A stretch of 64,000 bases of DNA from the NCBI GenBank assembly GCA_030525985.1, contig JAUNDR010000004.1, positions 3,327 to 67,326 on the forward strand. Reading direction: 5' to 3'. Below the pieces are notes generated by a model. That model worked only from the letters and a program-made list of their open reading frames with translations, searched no databases and was not told the origin of the DNA. Every line of letters begins with the position of its first letter. Position 1 is the first letter of the stretch. Shown here piece after piece: positions 63,187-64,000 of the stretch. The DNA comes from Slackia sp. (GTDB taxonomy: Bacteria > Actinomycetota > Coriobacteriia > Coriobacteriales > Eggerthellaceae). The position numbers and the translations under genes were made by a program.

Positions 63187-64000
63187 ATGAAGATCAACGA
63201 AGTCATTCGCGTAAAACGTCTCGAGCTCGGCATGACGCAAGAGCAGGTGGCAACGCGTCTGGGCGTTTCGACGCCCGCGGTGAACAAGTGGGAGCGCGGA
63301 GCGAGCTATCCCGATATCACGCTGATTCCCGCGCTCGCGCGTCTGCTGGAAACCGATGCGAATACGCTGCTCTCATTTCAAGACGACATCACCCAGGAGC
63401 AGAATCTTGCTATCCAGCGCGAGACCGACCGTCTCGTGCGCGAAGAAGGCTACGATGCCGGTTTCCGTTACGCCGTCGCCGCCATGCGCGAATATCACGC
63501 ATGTGACCAGCTTGCTTGCATTCTGACGATGTATCTCGATGGGGCGCTGACTCTTTATGCAGCGTCTGGAAGCGAAGGCGACAACGATGCGGCTGCGGCA
63601 TCGGGTGGTGTGCAGGAAGAGTATCGCTCGGCAATCGATGCGAACTACCGGCGCCTTGCTTCGAGCGCCGAATCCGCTGTGCGCGAAATGGCGACGGGCA
63701 TGCTGATAGCGCAGGCGATGCAAGACGAAAACTACACGCAGGCGCAAGAGCTGATCGACACGTTGCCCGATGCAACGCCGCATGCAATCGACAAGGAAGA
63801 ACGCCAAGCTGCCGTTTATGCGCGGACCGGCCGCCTTTCCGAAGCGCAAAACATATGGCAACGTCGTGTATTGCGCTTGTCGAACGACCTGCAGACGGCG
63901 CTGTCGTCGCTGGTAGAAATCGCCATCGATCAAGGCAGCCTCGACGACGCATCCGAGATGGCGCAACGGTGCTCGTCGATTATGGGGCTTTGCGATGCGC
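63187..64000 (+). CDS. XRE-family HTH regulator with helical-repeat (TPR-like) C-terminal domain, 3' end outside the window
   Basis: My own translation shows no stop codon through 64000. MKINEVIRVKRLELGMTQEQVATRLGVSTPAVNKWERGASYPDITLIPALARLLETDANTLLSF; GGAGGG RBS. Not in the supplied ORF track because it has no stop in the window. Confidence 0.85.
   Translation, partial: MKINEVIRVKRLELGMTQEQVATRLGVSTPAVNKWERGASYPDITLIPALARLLETDANTLLSFQDDITQEQNLAIQRETDRLVREEGYDAGFRYAVAAMREYHACDQLACILTMYLDGALTLYAASGSEGDNDAAAASGGVQEEYRSAIDANYRRLASSAESAVREMATGMLIAQAMQDENYTQAQELIDTLPDATPHAIDKEERQAAVYARTGRLSEAQNIWQRRVLRLSNDLQTALSSLVEIAIDQGSLDDASEMAQRCSSIMGLCDA

Overview
High-GC (about 60%+ by eye) actinobacterial chromosome segment. 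The gene content (Tat-exported flavin reductase paired with a membrane-embedded LuxR regulator, SLH/BspA surface proteins, I-shaped GC-rich terminators, TAGAAT-type -10 boxes) suggests a Coriobacteriia/Eggerthellaceae-like gut anaerobe; this assignment is inference only. The window opens with the conserved rpsF-ssb-rpsR-rplI-dnaB block. It continues with an SbcD/SbcC-like pair, purA-purD, a HemN-like radical SAM gene, a RelE/AbrB toxin-antitoxin pair, tRNA-Phe, an Abi_2 gene, and a flavin reductase/LuxR pair. Next come XpaC-TelA, a secreted nuclease, HAD, nagBA, TetR plus a membrane protein, cydAB, and an AlbA_2 ATPase-like regulator. These are followed by yqeY, an ATP-grasp ligase, an SLH surface protein, asnB, murE, a YdbS/YdbT bPH pair, and a 1210-aa BspA-LRR/SLH surface protein. 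The last stretch holds hemolysin-III, CNNM, two PspC genes, an RlpA-like protein, two TrkA genes, purB, an M18 aminopeptidase, and a regulatory islet (AAA+wHTH ATPase, LysR, decayed DinJ, XRE-TPR). I found about 50 CDS and 1 tRNA. I found no rRNA, CRISPR array, transposase or integrase. The parts most worth a second look are: (1) an Abi_2 cassette bracketed by a 35-bp direct repeat that duplicates the tRNA-Phe terminator, beside a type II TA pair; (2) a candidate type I toxin/antisense-RNA locus upstream of murE; (3) a G10 tract inside the 5' end of the BspA surface-protein gene, a possible phase-variation switch, preceded by a 1.15-kb non-coding region full of paired repeat units; (4) an AlbA_2 gene flanked by AT-rich TCACTC-motif repeats and a 26% GC nested palindrome; (5) a Rad50-like ATPase whose coiled-coil apex is a transmembrane hairpin; (6) an identical ATTAAC-N5-GTTAAT dyad upstream of two different regulators. 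All protein family calls come from motif recognition by eye, and no database search was run.
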